The position numbers and the translations under genes were made by a program. A stretch of 63,456 bases of DNA, filler included, from Rhabdomonas costata (Eukaryota): NCBI GenBank assembly GCA_019059605.1. It is 30 parts of 30 records of this genome, joined end to end, with 100 filler letters (N's around TTAATTAATTAA, not from the genome) between each part and the next. Parts side by side here need not be neighbours in the genome. Positions count along the whole stretch, not along the records: positions 38,144 to 40,162 come from JAHMHO010006377.1; positions 40,263 to 42,281 come from JAHMHO010006378.1; positions 42,382 to 44,397 come from JAHMHO010006379.1; positions 44,498 to 46,515 come from JAHMHO010006380.1; positions 46,616 to 48,632 come from JAHMHO010006381.1; positions 48,733 to 50,750 come from JAHMHO010006382.1; positions 50,851 to 52,866 come from JAHMHO010006383.1; 23 more parts are not named here. The stretch is one strand, 5' to 3'. The notes below the pieces were generated by a model. That model did not search any database, was not told where the DNA came from, and saw nothing but the letters and a program-made list of their open reading frames with translations. How positions within the stretch are numbered: the stretch's first letter is position 1; every line of letters begins with the position of its first letter. This document shows positions 39,317-52,727 of this stretch, in pieces.

Positions 39317-40964
39317 AATAGCAAGAGTCTGATGCGTACACCCGCCGGAACGAGACATCCAGTCAATACGCCCGCCCACGGGCCCCCACCACATCATCCT
39401 TCTTCCTGCATAGCCAAGTCTGTCAAGTCTAACTTGACAGGTCCCGGTAAGGGACACGACGTCTCCGCACGACTTCCAATGGTCACACGATGCTGGATGA
39501 TGCATCGTGTCTCTCGCGTCTCTCATGACAGTGTGCACATCCGGCTGTGCGTGTTTTGCGTGTGAGTGTCGGTGGGTGTGTCCGAAGGAGAATCTGTGCG
39601 CTGCTGGGCTTGAGCAAGCTATGCCTGCTGCGGTGCTGGACATGGTCCGTGGTGATTCCGGAGCTGTGCTTGTTGGCCTCCGCCCAGTCGAGTGATAAAG
39701 ATGGCGCTGTGGCTTCACTGTCTGTTGCTGTAAAGGTGTGCGGGCGTTCGACGCTGATGAGTGGGCTGCGAGAAGGTTCGGCACGGCCGCAGTAGTTTTT
39801 TTTGTTCTTTTTCTCTATTCTCCTTCGTAAAGCGAAAGAGACGGGCCACAAGTGTAGCTGGGTAGGCACATCTTAAAGATTTTGAGTCACAAATTTCTCA
39901 ACGTTCTTCTTCGACAATAGGGGTCTGCGTCAATCCGTCCACACCCTCAATTATTGTCCTGGTGATGTCACACGCATCTGCTGTCCCCTTCCAGTTGTCT
40001 CCCTCAACTTTGGTGTAGGGATCACGCCTCGTGCAGAGCTCAGGCTTTCCCATTCTCCCTGTTCTCGTTGCTTCAGTATCAGCTGCGGAGGGTACTGGTG
40101 CTGCTGCTGCGGGTGGTGGAGGTCAGGGCCTTCCGCAGCGCGCTGTACAGCGCGGCGGTGGGNNNNNNNNNNNNNNNNNNNNNNNNNNNNNNNNNNNNNN
40201 NNNNNNTTAATTAATTAANNNNNNNNNNNNNNNNNNNNNNNNNNNNNNNNNNNNNNNNNNNNGTTGGGTGTTTGGTGGTGTGGGGTGCCATTCTTTAATT
40301 GGAAAACGCTGTAACTTTGATGCGCGTCATTTTGTCTCTGAGTCTGGCTGTGATTCACGTCCCGGGTGTATTACCAGTGTAAAATAAGTTTCCCACCAGT
40401 GTACATTTATCAATCATGTGCACGTGGCATTCACATACCGATGCGGAAATTCTGGGAGACGAAAAAGCCCCGCGAGTAGTTGCTCATTGGCTTTCCGTTG
40501 GGGTACGTGTTCGGGAATATCGTGGGAAGCAGGCGGAACCGGGAATACTGAAGAGACGCAAACCCAAAGGTCACAACATACGGGAAACCCAAAGATTCCT
40601 CATATCCCTTGAAATGCATCTTGTACATCTGACACACCGTGAGTCACGTCCGCAGACATAACTTTCCGCAGTTCCCTCTTCCCACTTACAAGAGCAACGA
40701 TCCCCCAATCTCATTTTTGTAAACTTCCTCTTCACTCTTCACACTTCCACTGTGTCACCTTTCAAGTCACCCAGTTTTACCACAATTCCTTTTGCTCGCT
40801 TCTGATGCTTGTTGGGTTCCTCCGACATTGTGCTCTGTTCTGCACTGACCCCCCGCCTTTGCTGCCTGACTTTCCCACAGAAGCGAGCTCGCTAAACTAG
40901 GTCCATCCTTTGACAGCATATATGCAGTACATCGATGCAAAGCAGAGCACAGGAGCGCTGATAC

Positions 40965-41941
40965 ATTGAACAAATCACCGGCGTTCCGGATGGTGTACCA
41001 GTTACGGTCCGGGGCATAGTGGGGGTCCAACAACTGCCCTGAAAAGCACGAGGCGAATGCTGCACACCTCCATCTGACACAACAGCCCAACCTTGCAACT
41101 CCCAGTCCTTCTCAGACTGTCAAAAAGCATTCTGTTCCGTACTCAGCTGTGACAACAGTCACGCACGCGCAACGTACGTATCCACTGCGGAAATAAATCA
41201 AAAGGTGTTTAATTGTTCACTTGAAACAAGAAAAACCACAATCGCTCTCTGCACCGATAGCAAAAACCCACAGAAGGACGCTCATATCGTTCGATTCACT
41301 TGGTCCCGGGGCTTCCAAACACACGAACACAATTATCAGCTAGCAGAGAGAACATTGAGAATGAGAATTATCATTTTGCTCAACATACGGCGAATGTTAT
41401 TGGCGAAGAAGAACAGCTGGCTGTCAAAGGAGAGGTAGGTCACTGAAGTGAAGATGCATAAAGCAAAGACGCACTTCCCATCGCACCACCTTTCGACATT
41501 TAAACTTCTCGCTGTAGCAACCGTTTTTGACACCATCATCCAATGGAAACGACGCGGAAGACACATCCCGAATAACCGCGCTGACAGCCTGCACAGTCGA
41601 AAGTTGGTCACACGAACAGCATCTACCACAACCAACGTGGCTTCCAACTCACCAAGACTTGACAGTCCAAAAATATACACAGAGACACTCAGAACCGACG
41701 AGATAGGAAAAGACCGTTGGCTGCAGCCCTCGGGGTGGCAAAAGAGCCGAACATACACACCTGCGCCGAAGACGCAGACGAAACAGAGGTACACCGTGGT
41801 CTCCACCATAAAGCTCTTGGCATCACTTCTCTTCTTCATCATCGTTCTCTCCATGAGGCTGAACATCGTCTCTGCGGCATACGGTGGGACAGCATGGACG
41901 GTGGGGCGGGTAAATGTAGCAGAACCCCCCTTTCTGCCCAT
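40965..41941 (-). CDS. Polycystin-2/PKD2-like channel, N-terminal exons (41941-41761, 41442-41389, 41038-40965)
   Basis: Spliced ...ETTVYLCFVCVFGAVTYLSFDSQLFFFANNIRRQLLDPHYAPDRNWYTIRNAGDLFN: TM1 plus start of the polycystin loop; phases 1/1/0 fit. Confidence 0.65.
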
Positions 41942-42381
41942 TTCCACTCTCTAATACCACCAAAGGGCATCGCAGCGCTGTTTGAGCCAGCGCACGATAT
42001 AGTGTGCGTAGGTGGGTGCACAACCACATCGTATCGCAGCCAAATATATATATCGTAATGCATTTTCTGTCATCTCAATTCATCACTTGCAGCCGAACGT
42101 AGTAAATATCGTAATTGGCATATTCATTCAACCAACTCACAAGAGAGCTGCCTCAAAAGGCTATGGTCCTTTTCTGACGTAAGAGATTAGTGGCAACGCG
42201 TTTGCATCAATCCTTCTGCCTTCGCCAAGGCAAATATGAATCATTTGGATCACCTTCCAATTTTCTGAGGGCACGGGCAACNNNNNNNNNNNNNNNNNNN
42301 NNNNNNNNNNNNNNNNNNNNNNNNNTTAATTAATTAANNNNNNNNNNNNNNNNNNNNNNNNNNNNNNNNNNNNNNNNNNNN

Positions 42382-42638
42382 GTGGGGTGGGGGGGTGAGT
42401 GTCTGGTTCGCGCGGAGTAGCTCCGCGGGGCGCCGGAGCTCAGCGAGCTGCTTCCGCAGGCCCTGCTGCACGGAGGCCATCGTGGACAGCTGCGCCTGAG
42501 ACTGCGCCAGGGCGTGCTGCAGGGTGCGGATGGTGTCCTGCTGGGCGGTGGTCTGGAGAAACAGAGCTGCTCCAGAGGAGCAGGAGGAGGACGAGGAGGC
42601 TGCAGCTGACCCCCGGAGGTCGGTGTTGGGTGACACCT
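42382..42638 (-). CDS. Coiled-coil exon, unknown protein
   Basis: TTTGCAG acceptor; IRTLQHALAQSQAQLSTMASVQQGLRKQLAEL. Confidence 0.55.
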
Positions 42639-43893
42639 CTGCAAATGGCCGTCGAACTTGGGTCACTGCAAACAAAAAAGTATATCATTTGCCAGTCCCT
42701 TCTCTGGCCTCCTGTCCCGCATTCTGCGGTCCTAACCACTTTTTCAAAGCTCCCAGCCTCACTCCTTCGGAACCCTTAACGCTGCATTCTCTCGTTGCCC
42801 CCTTTTTCGGTTTTTGACCTATCCTCATCACCCGCAGAAGATAAGCTCTTGGGTGTGGTCGCCTCTTCTTTCTGATCGCTGGCATGTTGTGGAGGGCCAC
42901 TGGGGGAAAGATACCTCCACCTCTCTGCTGCCCACACATCCCTCAGCCCGAGAGGCAGCGGGGAAAATCCACATAAAACCGAAAAAAGAAACCGACAAAA
43001 AACAAAAACCGGTTAAAGACAATAAAGGCATGTCTACAGTCACTGTAAAAAAGCTCCGATTCCGAGGCCGTAACTGGGTCCCCCGCTTCCTTCTAAGGTG
43101 CAGCCGTGTGGTAACCCGCAGACTCAGCGCATAGGACCTTCCCCGATGGATCGAAACTTGTCCCACGCAAAAGCGGCAGAGGAGGAAGCGCTGGCGGAGA
43201 TCTCCCCTTGAGGTGCGACCCTGGACGCCCTGGCAGGCTCCCTGCGCGGCGGTGGGGAGGGCTGTGCCAGCTGCGGGCCTTGCACCTACAAAAACCAGCC
43301 ACAATGACATGTTCAAACACATTCCCACCTCACTCCAGCCCACTCCATGATTTTAGGAGGCAAATGCCAACTTCACAAGACCACTTCTTATTAGAGCCAC
43401 CAGCACCGAGCACCCCCATATCAAACACATCTGCACACTATTCTGGTTGCTACCCGCCGGGTTTGTTTCACGGATTCTGACCCCTTTCATAATATGGTTT
43501 TCATTTGTGTGCACGCTTGAGTAAAAGCTCGAGAGTACACAGAACGCCTTCCCCCTGCTCTACCCCTGTCATGCCTCTTCTTCTGAAGATGAGCTCCAGT
43601 GGCCCACAGGAGCAGAGTTCGCTCCGCACGAACTTCCCATCTCGCTCCTCGGAAGACTCATTGGAAGAATCGCCCACTCAGGATACAAAGACGCGTGCCG
43701 CGAAGCGAGCCTGACTTGAGAACCGGATACAAAAAACAGAGACAATGACCACGCCAACGGCGAAACAAAACGAAAGCGATGACCTGACAGACCAAGGAAA
43801 GAAAAAACGGGATGTGTCATGTTTCCATCTTGGTACGGCCGCCACATGGAGAGAGTGAGAAGTGGAATCGTATTTTTTCGGGGGGGGGGACGT

Positions 43894-43934
43894 TAAACGT
43901 TTAGCACTGCTAAACGTTTAGCGGTGCTAAACGT
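43894..43934. repeat. Palindromic array of three TAAACGT units, 17-bp period
   Basis: 43897-43934 is a 38-bp palindrome with one mismatch. Confidence 0.85.
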
Positions 43935-44953
43935 GTAGGTCAGAACGCAAGGGCGATGAACGGTTCACAGGAGATGGCAATACAAAAGGGATTCGATCAG
44001 TATATATGGGGGATTCCTGCAAAAAAATTTCGCAGCCTTCTGCCGAGGGTGCACCAGGCACTAATGTTCTAAAAAAAGATACCCGCGCTCGCTCCTTTTT
44101 AAAACAGCATTAAAAAATCTCTTCGAAATAAACCACGTACTTTTTGACAAATTGATGGGGTGTTTTGAAACTGGAACTTAATGGAGATTCAAGAAAGTGT
44201 CGCCCATTGTCTCCTATTTCTGCTTTTTCCCGTCGGTCTCCAGCTGTCCCCCCCCCTAAGGCGGTTTCTCTGTTTGGCGGAAGAAGACGGTCCCGCTCAT
44301 CATTAAACCTAAAATGGAAGCAACCTCTTTGTACAACGCAGCTCAAAAGCAGAAACCTTTGGCTCCATTGTGATTTTGGTTTCTATCCACAAAACAANNN
44401 NNNNNNNNNNNNNNNNNNNNNNNNNNNNNNNNNNNNNNNNNTTAATTAATTAANNNNNNNNNNNNNNNNNNNNNNNNNNNNNNNNNNNNNNNNNNNNTGT
44501 GTGGGTATCGCGTCTGTTTTTGTTTTGTAAGTGACAATAAAACACGACTGTTCATTAATACAGTATTCTTTTGGGGAGGGAGGGGGGTGCCCTGTGGCAT
44601 GCGAGCTGTATGTGTGAAGGCAGCAGATTGGCTGAATTAAGGGTACTGTCTTTCCAGCAGGCCTGTGTGTGTTTGTCATCATCTAGCACATGATTAGCTC
44701 AAGAAATAATCTTCGGCATTTTTACTTAACAGTGCGTTTTCTCTCGCCGTCATATTGTCTGCCAAAAAAGAATTACCTCGTTCTTTTTGGCGCTGAGGAG
44801 TTTCCTTTATACAAATGTTAACTAATACCTTTTCTGTTGGTAATACCTTTTCAGAGTCGGTTTTTGCATGTACAAGGACGCTGTTGTTAGTGTGTTTTTC
44901 TGTCTATTTCCAAGTCCCCCCACAAAAAACAAAAAAAAAGAGTACCCGAACAG

Positions 44954-46322
44954 CAGCAGCAGGGGAAAATCCGGTGGGACCTGCTCCTCGTGGGGCATCA
45001 GATTGGCAAGGGCTCACAGGCAAAAGGTACACCGCTCTTTGGGGTGCCCTCTACAATTCCAGTTCCACCTGAAGACGGCACTATAGTGACGCAAACCGCT
45101 CTTCTTATCTCCCCTCTCCTCTCCCAATGCATTTGCGCTGCTGTGCTGTTTGCCCACCTCGGACGTGGAATGATTGGCACCCCGACTGTACGGAGATGCA
45201 CAACCTGCCGCAAGAGCACAAAAGTTCGGTTTCAAGCGGTGTTTGATTTCAAGAAAAAAGCTCACAGTGACTAAGGGCCGGGGGTGTGACGACCCAAAGC
45301 GACCTCTCAAAAAGAGAAGCCCCCGTTGATTTTGAAGAACTTTGGGATGTATTTCATTGTCATTCAAGTGCATGCTAGTGCCTTCATTTTCTACTCTTCT
45401 CTGCGTTGTCGTTTGTTAAGTTTTGCCGAACCGCTCTCCTTCCGAGTTTGTTGTTTACCGTTTGTTGTTTACAGTGGTGCCGTACTGTGGGTGTTGGGTT
45501 CAAACAAAGCCGGAATACGTTCAAAATACTGAATGTGATTTCCAGGGAGTCGCAGCAACAGCAGCAGCAGTATTTTTCCCCGCTCTTCTCGTCAGTACGG
45601 AAGGCGAAGTATCAGGACACCATATACGCTCTGAAGATCATCGCGCTGGATGGCAAGGTACTTGTGTGCGGGCGGTTTTACCGCGCAACCCATCCCTCGG
45701 CCTTTTACCTGTGAAACGCCGATTTTGGGCTGTCGTGTGGCTGCTCTGGGTCTTTGGGGATTGAAAGAGTGGGCTGGGGGGACGCTCCTCAACTCCCCAA
45801 ATTTTTGCAGACCTTGAAGAGCCAGCTGCAGCAGGAGCTGTCCCACGTGCTTCGGGCGAAACATCCCAACATCGTTACCTCCAAAGATGTATGCATGCCC
45901 CCCCGCCGAATGGTATTCAGTTTCAAACTTCGCCGCAAGGGGACTGGCAAAGATGGAAAGAAGTCAACACGGAGACGCAGAACGGAGGGAAACAAAGGGT
46001 ATAACTATGCACAGAAGCAAGACCTTTAAGCCGCCCACATTCACCAACTTTCCCAGCTCTTTTTTTTTAGCACAACGCCAACCCTCTTCCTTTTTCTGAT
46101 TTACTTGTGCCTCACGGTTTTTCTGTCGCCTGGCGAACACCATGGCAACTGTTGTGGACGACTGTTGTGGGCGGCCGTTTTGGACATTTGGAATATGACC
46201 ACTTGTTTATTGTGACCCTTTTTCCCAACCCATACCTTAGGCCTTGTACGCTGACGATAGCCTGAAGATTCTGATGGAGCTGATGGACATTGGCACGTTG
46301 AGTGACGTTTTGGGCAAGATCC
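44954..46322 (+). CDS. MAP kinase kinase (STE7-like), partial; exons ~44954-45026, 45596-45657, 45811-45888, 46241-46322
   Basis: IGKGSQAKV|RKAKYQDTIYALKII|...QELSHVLRAKHPNIV|...LKILMELMDIGTLSD; all GT-AG and in phase. Confidence 0.85.
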
Positions 46323-48485
46323 GTATGCCCCTCATCCCCCCCCTTCACAACTTGAGAGCACAGGGAGACAGGGAGGGCTCGCTTTTGCGCCGCCTTTGGA
46401 TTTCACTCTTCAGGATTGGTACCCTGTCGAAGCTTTGCTGTTATTCTGCTGATTCTTGAGTGGTGTGAAAGCCGTTTAGAAAAAACGTTTAGCTGCCTCG
46501 CAATTCTCTCTTTCCNNNNNNNNNNNNNNNNNNNNNNNNNNNNNNNNNNNNNNNNNNNNTTAATTAATTAANNNNNNNNNNNNNNNNNNNNNNNNNNNNN
46601 NNNNNNNNNNNNNNNTTGTTGTTTGCAATCCGAATCTGCAAGTAAGGAGCAAGTGTAAACCGTGGTAAAATGTGTATTCAAAAAATTTTCTTGACGCGGG
46701 ACTCAGGGACGGTAGGACTTTCTACTTTTGTCTTTGAAGCGATCAGACTTTTGGCCAACACGACTTTTTTGAATACACATTTTACCACGGTTTACACTTG
46801 CTCCTTACTTGCAGATTCGGATTGCATACAAAGAGGAACACGCCGGAGACACAGTACAAAAAAAGCAGCGAAAACATCGGCGGCGGGGTATTTTGGGCAA
46901 TCGTTTCGTAATTGGAAATGTTGAAAAGAGTCTCAAAACGCTCACATTGTGAGAAAAAGCGATAATGTGAAGAAACACCCGGGGGTGAACCTTCGCTTCC
47001 AGTAGAGCTCTATCACAGACTGGCGCATGGTATCGACGGTGTTGTGAAGGTCTGCGTAGGTCCGTAGCCGAGTCCGGACAGCCGCGGGACGGAGCCTACG
47101 AAATTCCCAAACCACCAGCCATGCAGCTCACAAAATGGCGAAAAGAGGCCCCAACCTTTAGAGGTCGGCCGAAGTGAGGACGGAAGCCCAAAGTCCGAAA
47201 CTGACCCGGAGAGGAGGCAAAATGCATGCTGATATCGGTGATATAGGTGAACCTTTCTATTTGGCGGGGAGATAAAGTTGCGACGTTATGCGCCAGAATG
47301 TAGCAAAATGACACTTTTGCTGAAGTTTTTTTTTTCGGGATTACATTCACCACTGTTTTGCAGCAGAATTTTCGAGTAGAGTATTTATTCAGGTAGAGTA
47401 TTTATTTGTTGTTTCCCAAAAACCCCGGAATATTACTGGAAGAATACTCACTGACGTGCTGAGGGGATCGGATACGGAGCATTCTTCACTGGAATTTATT
47501 CACGATTTCAATGTCACCCTCCTCCATTCTAGACTCCGCCACATTAAAAGTCTACTGGGAGTTGGATGAGTTGTTCATGCTGACACCCTCTCATTTTTTC
47601 AAGGAGGTATGAGCAACATGAAGTATGAAGTCTCGAACTTGGACACAGTTTCATGCCAATTTTACGCTGAGTGGAGTCTGAGCCATTCAAGTAGTTGTTG
47701 GTGCGAGCTTCCATGCGTTGGTGGGTGCGTCTGTCACACCATTGACCCCCCCCCCCCGTTGGGCTAAACAGAGCCATAAAGCATCCAGGCTGGTCCCGTG
47801 AGCGTTCTTAATGGTACACGACCTTGGAGTATTATGCAAAGCACCTGAACCTGAAGCACCAGTCTTGGATTCTGTCGCCCCCTCCTCAGCCAAGTTGCTC
47901 CACAGGGGCGCCCTCCCAATTCGACCCTCACCATTTGCCCCGGCTTCGTCAGATGACCTTTGATGCGAGAGACATTGTTCTTTGAGCAACAGTTGCCTCG
48001 GAAGGCGGCACCTGTGCTGATGAGTATCACTACAGAATGACACTACCTTGATTGATTCTAAGTAACTGAAGCGCACACAAGATACGCTGTGACCCATTTC
48101 TTGCAATGGAAGCAGCTAGACTGCAGACCTGCTGTTTCGGTAGAGCTCTGTCTGCAGGGATTTCTTCTGGGTCGCATCGCTGGCAACCCAGTGCTCGAAG
48201 ATCTGCCAAATAAAATTCCGCATATGGGGGTGAATACAGAAACGGGAAAAGGCACCGAGACCTTATGACGTACAGATGGGTTCAATGGGCTCCCAAAAGC
48301 AGCAGGTCCGAAAAATGCAGGGAGATGCCTATGCATGTGCTAGGCTGGTTTTGGATTTCAAGGAGGAAACAAGGAACATTGCTCTACGATAGGGCCAATG
48401 CGTTCAGGTCCAGTAGAAAAGGAAGAAGTGAAAAGAAGAAACAAAAAGTGCCATCGATATAGAACGTGTGCATGCTCTTTGACAC

Positions 48486-48602
48486 CTCGCGGATGTTCTG
48501 ATCACGAGTTGCCATGACCCGGCGAATCCAAGCCTGAATCCTGCGCGTCTTGCGAACCAGGTCGTTCACCCGGACCAGCATCAGAGGCAGGGACATCGTC
48601 AC
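48486..48602 (-). CDS. Internal exon with IQ-like motif
   Basis: 117-nt CAG/GT exon containing RRIQAWIRRVMATR. Confidence 0.5.
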
Positions 48603-49249
48603 CTGCGGAGAGCAAGGACCGACACCAACACCNNNNNNNNNNNNNNNNNNNNNNNNNNNNNNNNNNNNNNNNNNNNTTAATTAATTAANNNNNNNNNNNN
48701 NNNNNNNNNNNNNNNNNNNNNNNNNNNNNNNNGGGTGGTTGTGAAGCATTTTGTCAGGTTGGTGTGGAGGCTTAAGCCAATGCCTGTCAAGTTGTTTTTG
48801 AGAGTAGTAAAGACTATGATTCCAATTGTGTTGTGCTGCCAGTTCTTGGTGCTGGTGCAGAAGTTTGTGGACTGTTCAGAGTGTAGCGGAAAGTAAAAGT
48901 CTTTGAGATAAAGGCACTCCAAGCGGCAGAGTCGTTTTGTATAACCTGATCTCAGGTAAAAAGCAGCACACAGTTGTGAAAGCGGAAGCAACTTTGGCAT
49001 GGGAGAAAGACGCGCCAAAAGACTCTTTGGTGCTCGGTGCGCTCAGGCTTAGTGGATCGTAACAAACCAAGAGAATTAGATGAAAGATTACACACAGCGG
49101 AGGATCATAGAGCGCTGGCGAGAGAGCAGGAACCAGAGTGGAACGTTAGAAAGAAGTTGAAGAATTTGCCTAGAAAGGCGGAGGAAAAGTTAATCAATGA
49201 ATTTTCTCACAATGTCTGTGGACCAGACTGTGAGGTGCATCCCGTACCG

Positions 49250-50545
49250 TCGGAGATACTAGATATGAACAGGGAGTTTGCCAATATCTTTCCAGAGAAG
49301 TTTCCAGGGGGACTACACCCTTCGATACCGACAGACATAGGATCGATTTACTGCCTGCAGATACTGTACCGGATGTCACCAGCGGAAGATCAGGAACTGA
49401 TCAAGCAGCTTAAAGTCACTGCAGGACTTGGGATTCATCGAGCCGGAGACATTGCCGTTTGGTGCGGAAGTGTTGTTAGTTGCGAAAGCAAACGGGAAGC
49501 TGAGGTTGTGCGTGGACTACCTCCCGCTGAATGCAGTCATGGTGCAGAGGCTTGACGAGATAATTGACAGAGCGGGAAACTAAAAGTTGTTCACGAAATT
49601 AGATTTGCATTCAGGCTTTCACCATATCTGGGCCCATACGACGCACACTTATATGACGGCATTAAAGACGAAGTACGTGGCATTTCAGTTTTTAGTGATG
49701 CCGTTAGATCTGTTAAATGCTCCATCCACGTTTCAGAGAACCACGAATTTCGTGATTCAGGCTCTGAGAGAGTTTGCAGGAGCGTACGTGGACGACATCT
49801 TGGTGAACACAGACACGGTAGAAGATCACGTAGTGGCGTTGAGAGCGGTGTACTAGAGGTTGGACCGAGAGAAGAAGTTTTTAGCTTGTCCGAAGAAATG
49901 TGTTTCGCGCAGCCGGGTGTAGAGTATTGCTGGTTTATCATTGTGAGTAATGGGATCAGACCCCAGCCAAAGAAACTAATGGCCATGTATGTGTGGCCGA
50001 AGCTGATGAACCCGGTCGACGTGAAGAGTTTCTTAGGACTGTGCGGGTTATACCGGATGTTTGTGCCGGATTATTTAACGGTAGATGCGCCGTTGAATGA
50101 GCTGATGAAGAAGCACAGTGAGTGGGTTTGAGGCGAAGCTCAATAGCAGGAGTTTCAGACACTGAATGTCAGAAGTACCAGGTGTTGACCGCACCGGACT
50201 TCTCGAAGCCCATGATCACTCACATGGATGACCTGCACTCGACAACTTTCGCGAACTACATGGAACCAATCTCAGATTTTAGTACTCCACCTTCTGCGAA
50301 AGAGTGCTCAGTGCATAAAAAAGAGATGCTGTCACTGATAGACACGTTGTAATAGTGGAGGCATTACTTGCTGGGTGCATAAATGCAGGTGAATACGGAT
50401 AACTCAGCGTTGAGTTACCTGCAGACCCGAGACCCGAGACCATCACCCATACAAGTGATGTTGCAGCGGTACACGTTGAAGGTTTCGCACTTCCCAGGAC
50501 GACAGAACGTGGCCGCCGATGCGCTTTCGCGCAACCCAGCATATC
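49250..50545 (+). mobile_element. Ty3/gypsy LTR retrotransposon pol relic (RT and RNase H)
   Basis: KLDLHSGFHHI, VMP..LNAPSTFQR, YVDDILV, VKSFLGLCG.YR.FV, WRHYLLG, NTDNSAL, NVAADALSR; multiple stops and frameshifts. Confidence 0.95.
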
Positions 50546-50850
50546 AGGTTCATGAGAGTGTGATGGGTGGAAAGGCGGCATAATTGGCAGTCGTAGAGGT
50601 TGTATAAAGAGAGGACGGATAGCGGAAGAAAACGCTGAAGAGAGATGAAGCTGAGTCAGTGAGGCTGTACTTTCTAGGTCCGCTGTGCGCTCCATTGAAA
50701 GTGACACCTCCGGAAAATTGGTGGGAGGACTACTGGTTAGACCCCAACACNNNNNNNNNNNNNNNNNNNNNNNNNNNNNNNNNNNNNNNNNNNNTTAATT
50801 AATTAANNNNNNNNNNNNNNNNNNNNNNNNNNNNNNNNNNNNNNNNNNNN

Positions 50851-52727
50851 TGGGTGGTTGTGGGTCGGGTCAGGGTCTTCCAGAGCCGAAACACCCCCTC
50901 CTGGTCCCCAAGATGCCCCAGCTGCGCCAGAAGGAGGTTCGCCATGGCCACCGTGGGCGCGCCGGGAGGGAAGGAGGAGGGCATTGGAGAGGGTCCAAAC
51001 AGAGCGTTCTGAAGGCCCCGGAGACGGGGAAGGTCAGGGCACGTGCGGATCAGGCAGTGGAGGGTGGACTCGGGGAGGGCCCAGCCGTTGGAGGAGAATT
51101 TGATCCACACAGCTTCCACCTTGGGGGGAAAAGAAGATGGCCGTTTTTGGCCACACTCATTCGTATGTAATCTTTGAAGAGCCAGTAATTTTAGACCACA
51201 AACCATTTGATATTATTATCATTTGTGCTTTGTTTTCCGACTTCTTGAGAACAAAAAAATGCTTGAAAACCTGGTTATGGAGGAAGCATTTCCCGCACTT
51301 GGCCAATTTTTCGGCGCGCACCCCCCCCCCAACCTCTGGGAGAAGCTTCATCCTCGCGAAGGCCTCCAGGAAGGCCAGGAACACCATGCGATCCTCCCGC
51401 AGGCTGGGCTCAGCCAGGGCAGGGGCCCAGCTGCCGAACGTGGAGACCAACGCCTGCATCACAGAACCCTCCACGAACTCCCAGGCCTTCATGGTCACCT
51501 GGGAAAACGTGGGAACGTGAATAGCTCTCCACCACAACCCACAACGTTGCCAGTGCTGCAAGCACATAGCATGCTCACAGCGAATGGGGAAGGAGAGGCA
51601 TGAGAGGCCGGAAGGCATAATGAGTGAATGCGCAAAAGTCGTAGCGGTAGCATGCATATGGCGTCGGCAAAACGGCAAGAAAAAGGGATCAGCTTGTAAT
51701 CTCCAAATATCTGGACGAGACATGCATTGCGGGGGGTCCACAAATGCACCGTAAACAAGAGGGTGGCGGTGGACACCATCTGAGAACGAGAATAGCTTCC
51801 CACTGCGCCTTCCATTTAACTTCTGAGAGCTCTGAGAGAGTATCATCCCCGATGGAACCTTTGCCGATGGATTGGGGAAGGATCCCTACCCGAAGTAGTG
51901 GTGGACTCTGAAGGTATCCTGGGTTTGTGTGAGTAAAAGGAAAAGATAAAGCAGGAAAACGAAGGGAAGGGGAGAGGCGGCGCTAGACCAACTGGTGGAG
52001 CTCTATCAGGTCATTGGCATGGTTCCCCTCTTCATAGAAGGAAATCAAGGTGAGTACCATCTTTTCTGCAATGGAAGCACAAAAGCAAAACGCAAGAAAC
52101 TCTTCGCAGCACTGGCACACGGTTGGGTTGCACCCACCCCCATTTCTGAGTCCAACCCTGCCAAGCGATCCACGCTGCGGTCAGGAAGAGAGGAGACGGC
52201 GATCAAAATTTTTGGAGGAAAGATAATTGAGATAATTCAATCTGGGGAAATTTCTATGGAACGGGCCGATGGGTTGTGCAGCAATGTTCAGCACAGTACT
52301 GCTGGTTGATAGGGAGTTCACCTCACGTTCAACGGGTACCTCGTAAAGACAGCTTCCCCACCCCCACCCCCCAAAAACCATCAGAAATGGGGTGAAAGGG
52401 AAGTGGGCAAAAAATCGATTTTTTTTTCGATTGTGAGCGCAGTTTTTCGAAAAAAAAATGGCAACAATCGGTTTGGGGCGAAACGAGGGCGACGAATCAA
52501 AAGTGTTGCCTTTGCACTACCAACCATCGCAACATCACTCCGCTTCTTTTTGAACCGGCAAAAAAAAGTGCCGCTCACACACACAACACACTGGTCATGG
52601 GTATTCCGAACTGGAGAAGTTCTTCGCGGAGAACCTTGACCTTGTCTGCCAAGGAGTTCCTGGCGAAGACCTCCAGGACTTTCTCATACGTTGTCGCGGA
52701 AAGCTTCTCCTGGACCGTACCGTAGAC
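50851..52727 (-). CDS. PPR-like helical repeat protein, exons 52727-52641, 51498-51334, 51119-50851
   Basis: Units such as TTYEKVLEVFARN, VFLAFLEAFARM, PTVAMANLLLAQLGHLGDQEGVFRLW; phase-0 GT-AG introns. Confidence 0.65.

Noticed and set aside
46624-46826. 62-bp inverted repeat as a MITE TIR or hairpin RNA (also 27554-27727 and 61442-61800)
   Set aside because: Each starts within a few bases of a contig end, is 100% identical, and in two cases copies exon junctions; this fits fold-back chimeras.
47540-48330. Coding-like stretch as a transposon relic
   Set aside because: No recognisable motif in any frame.
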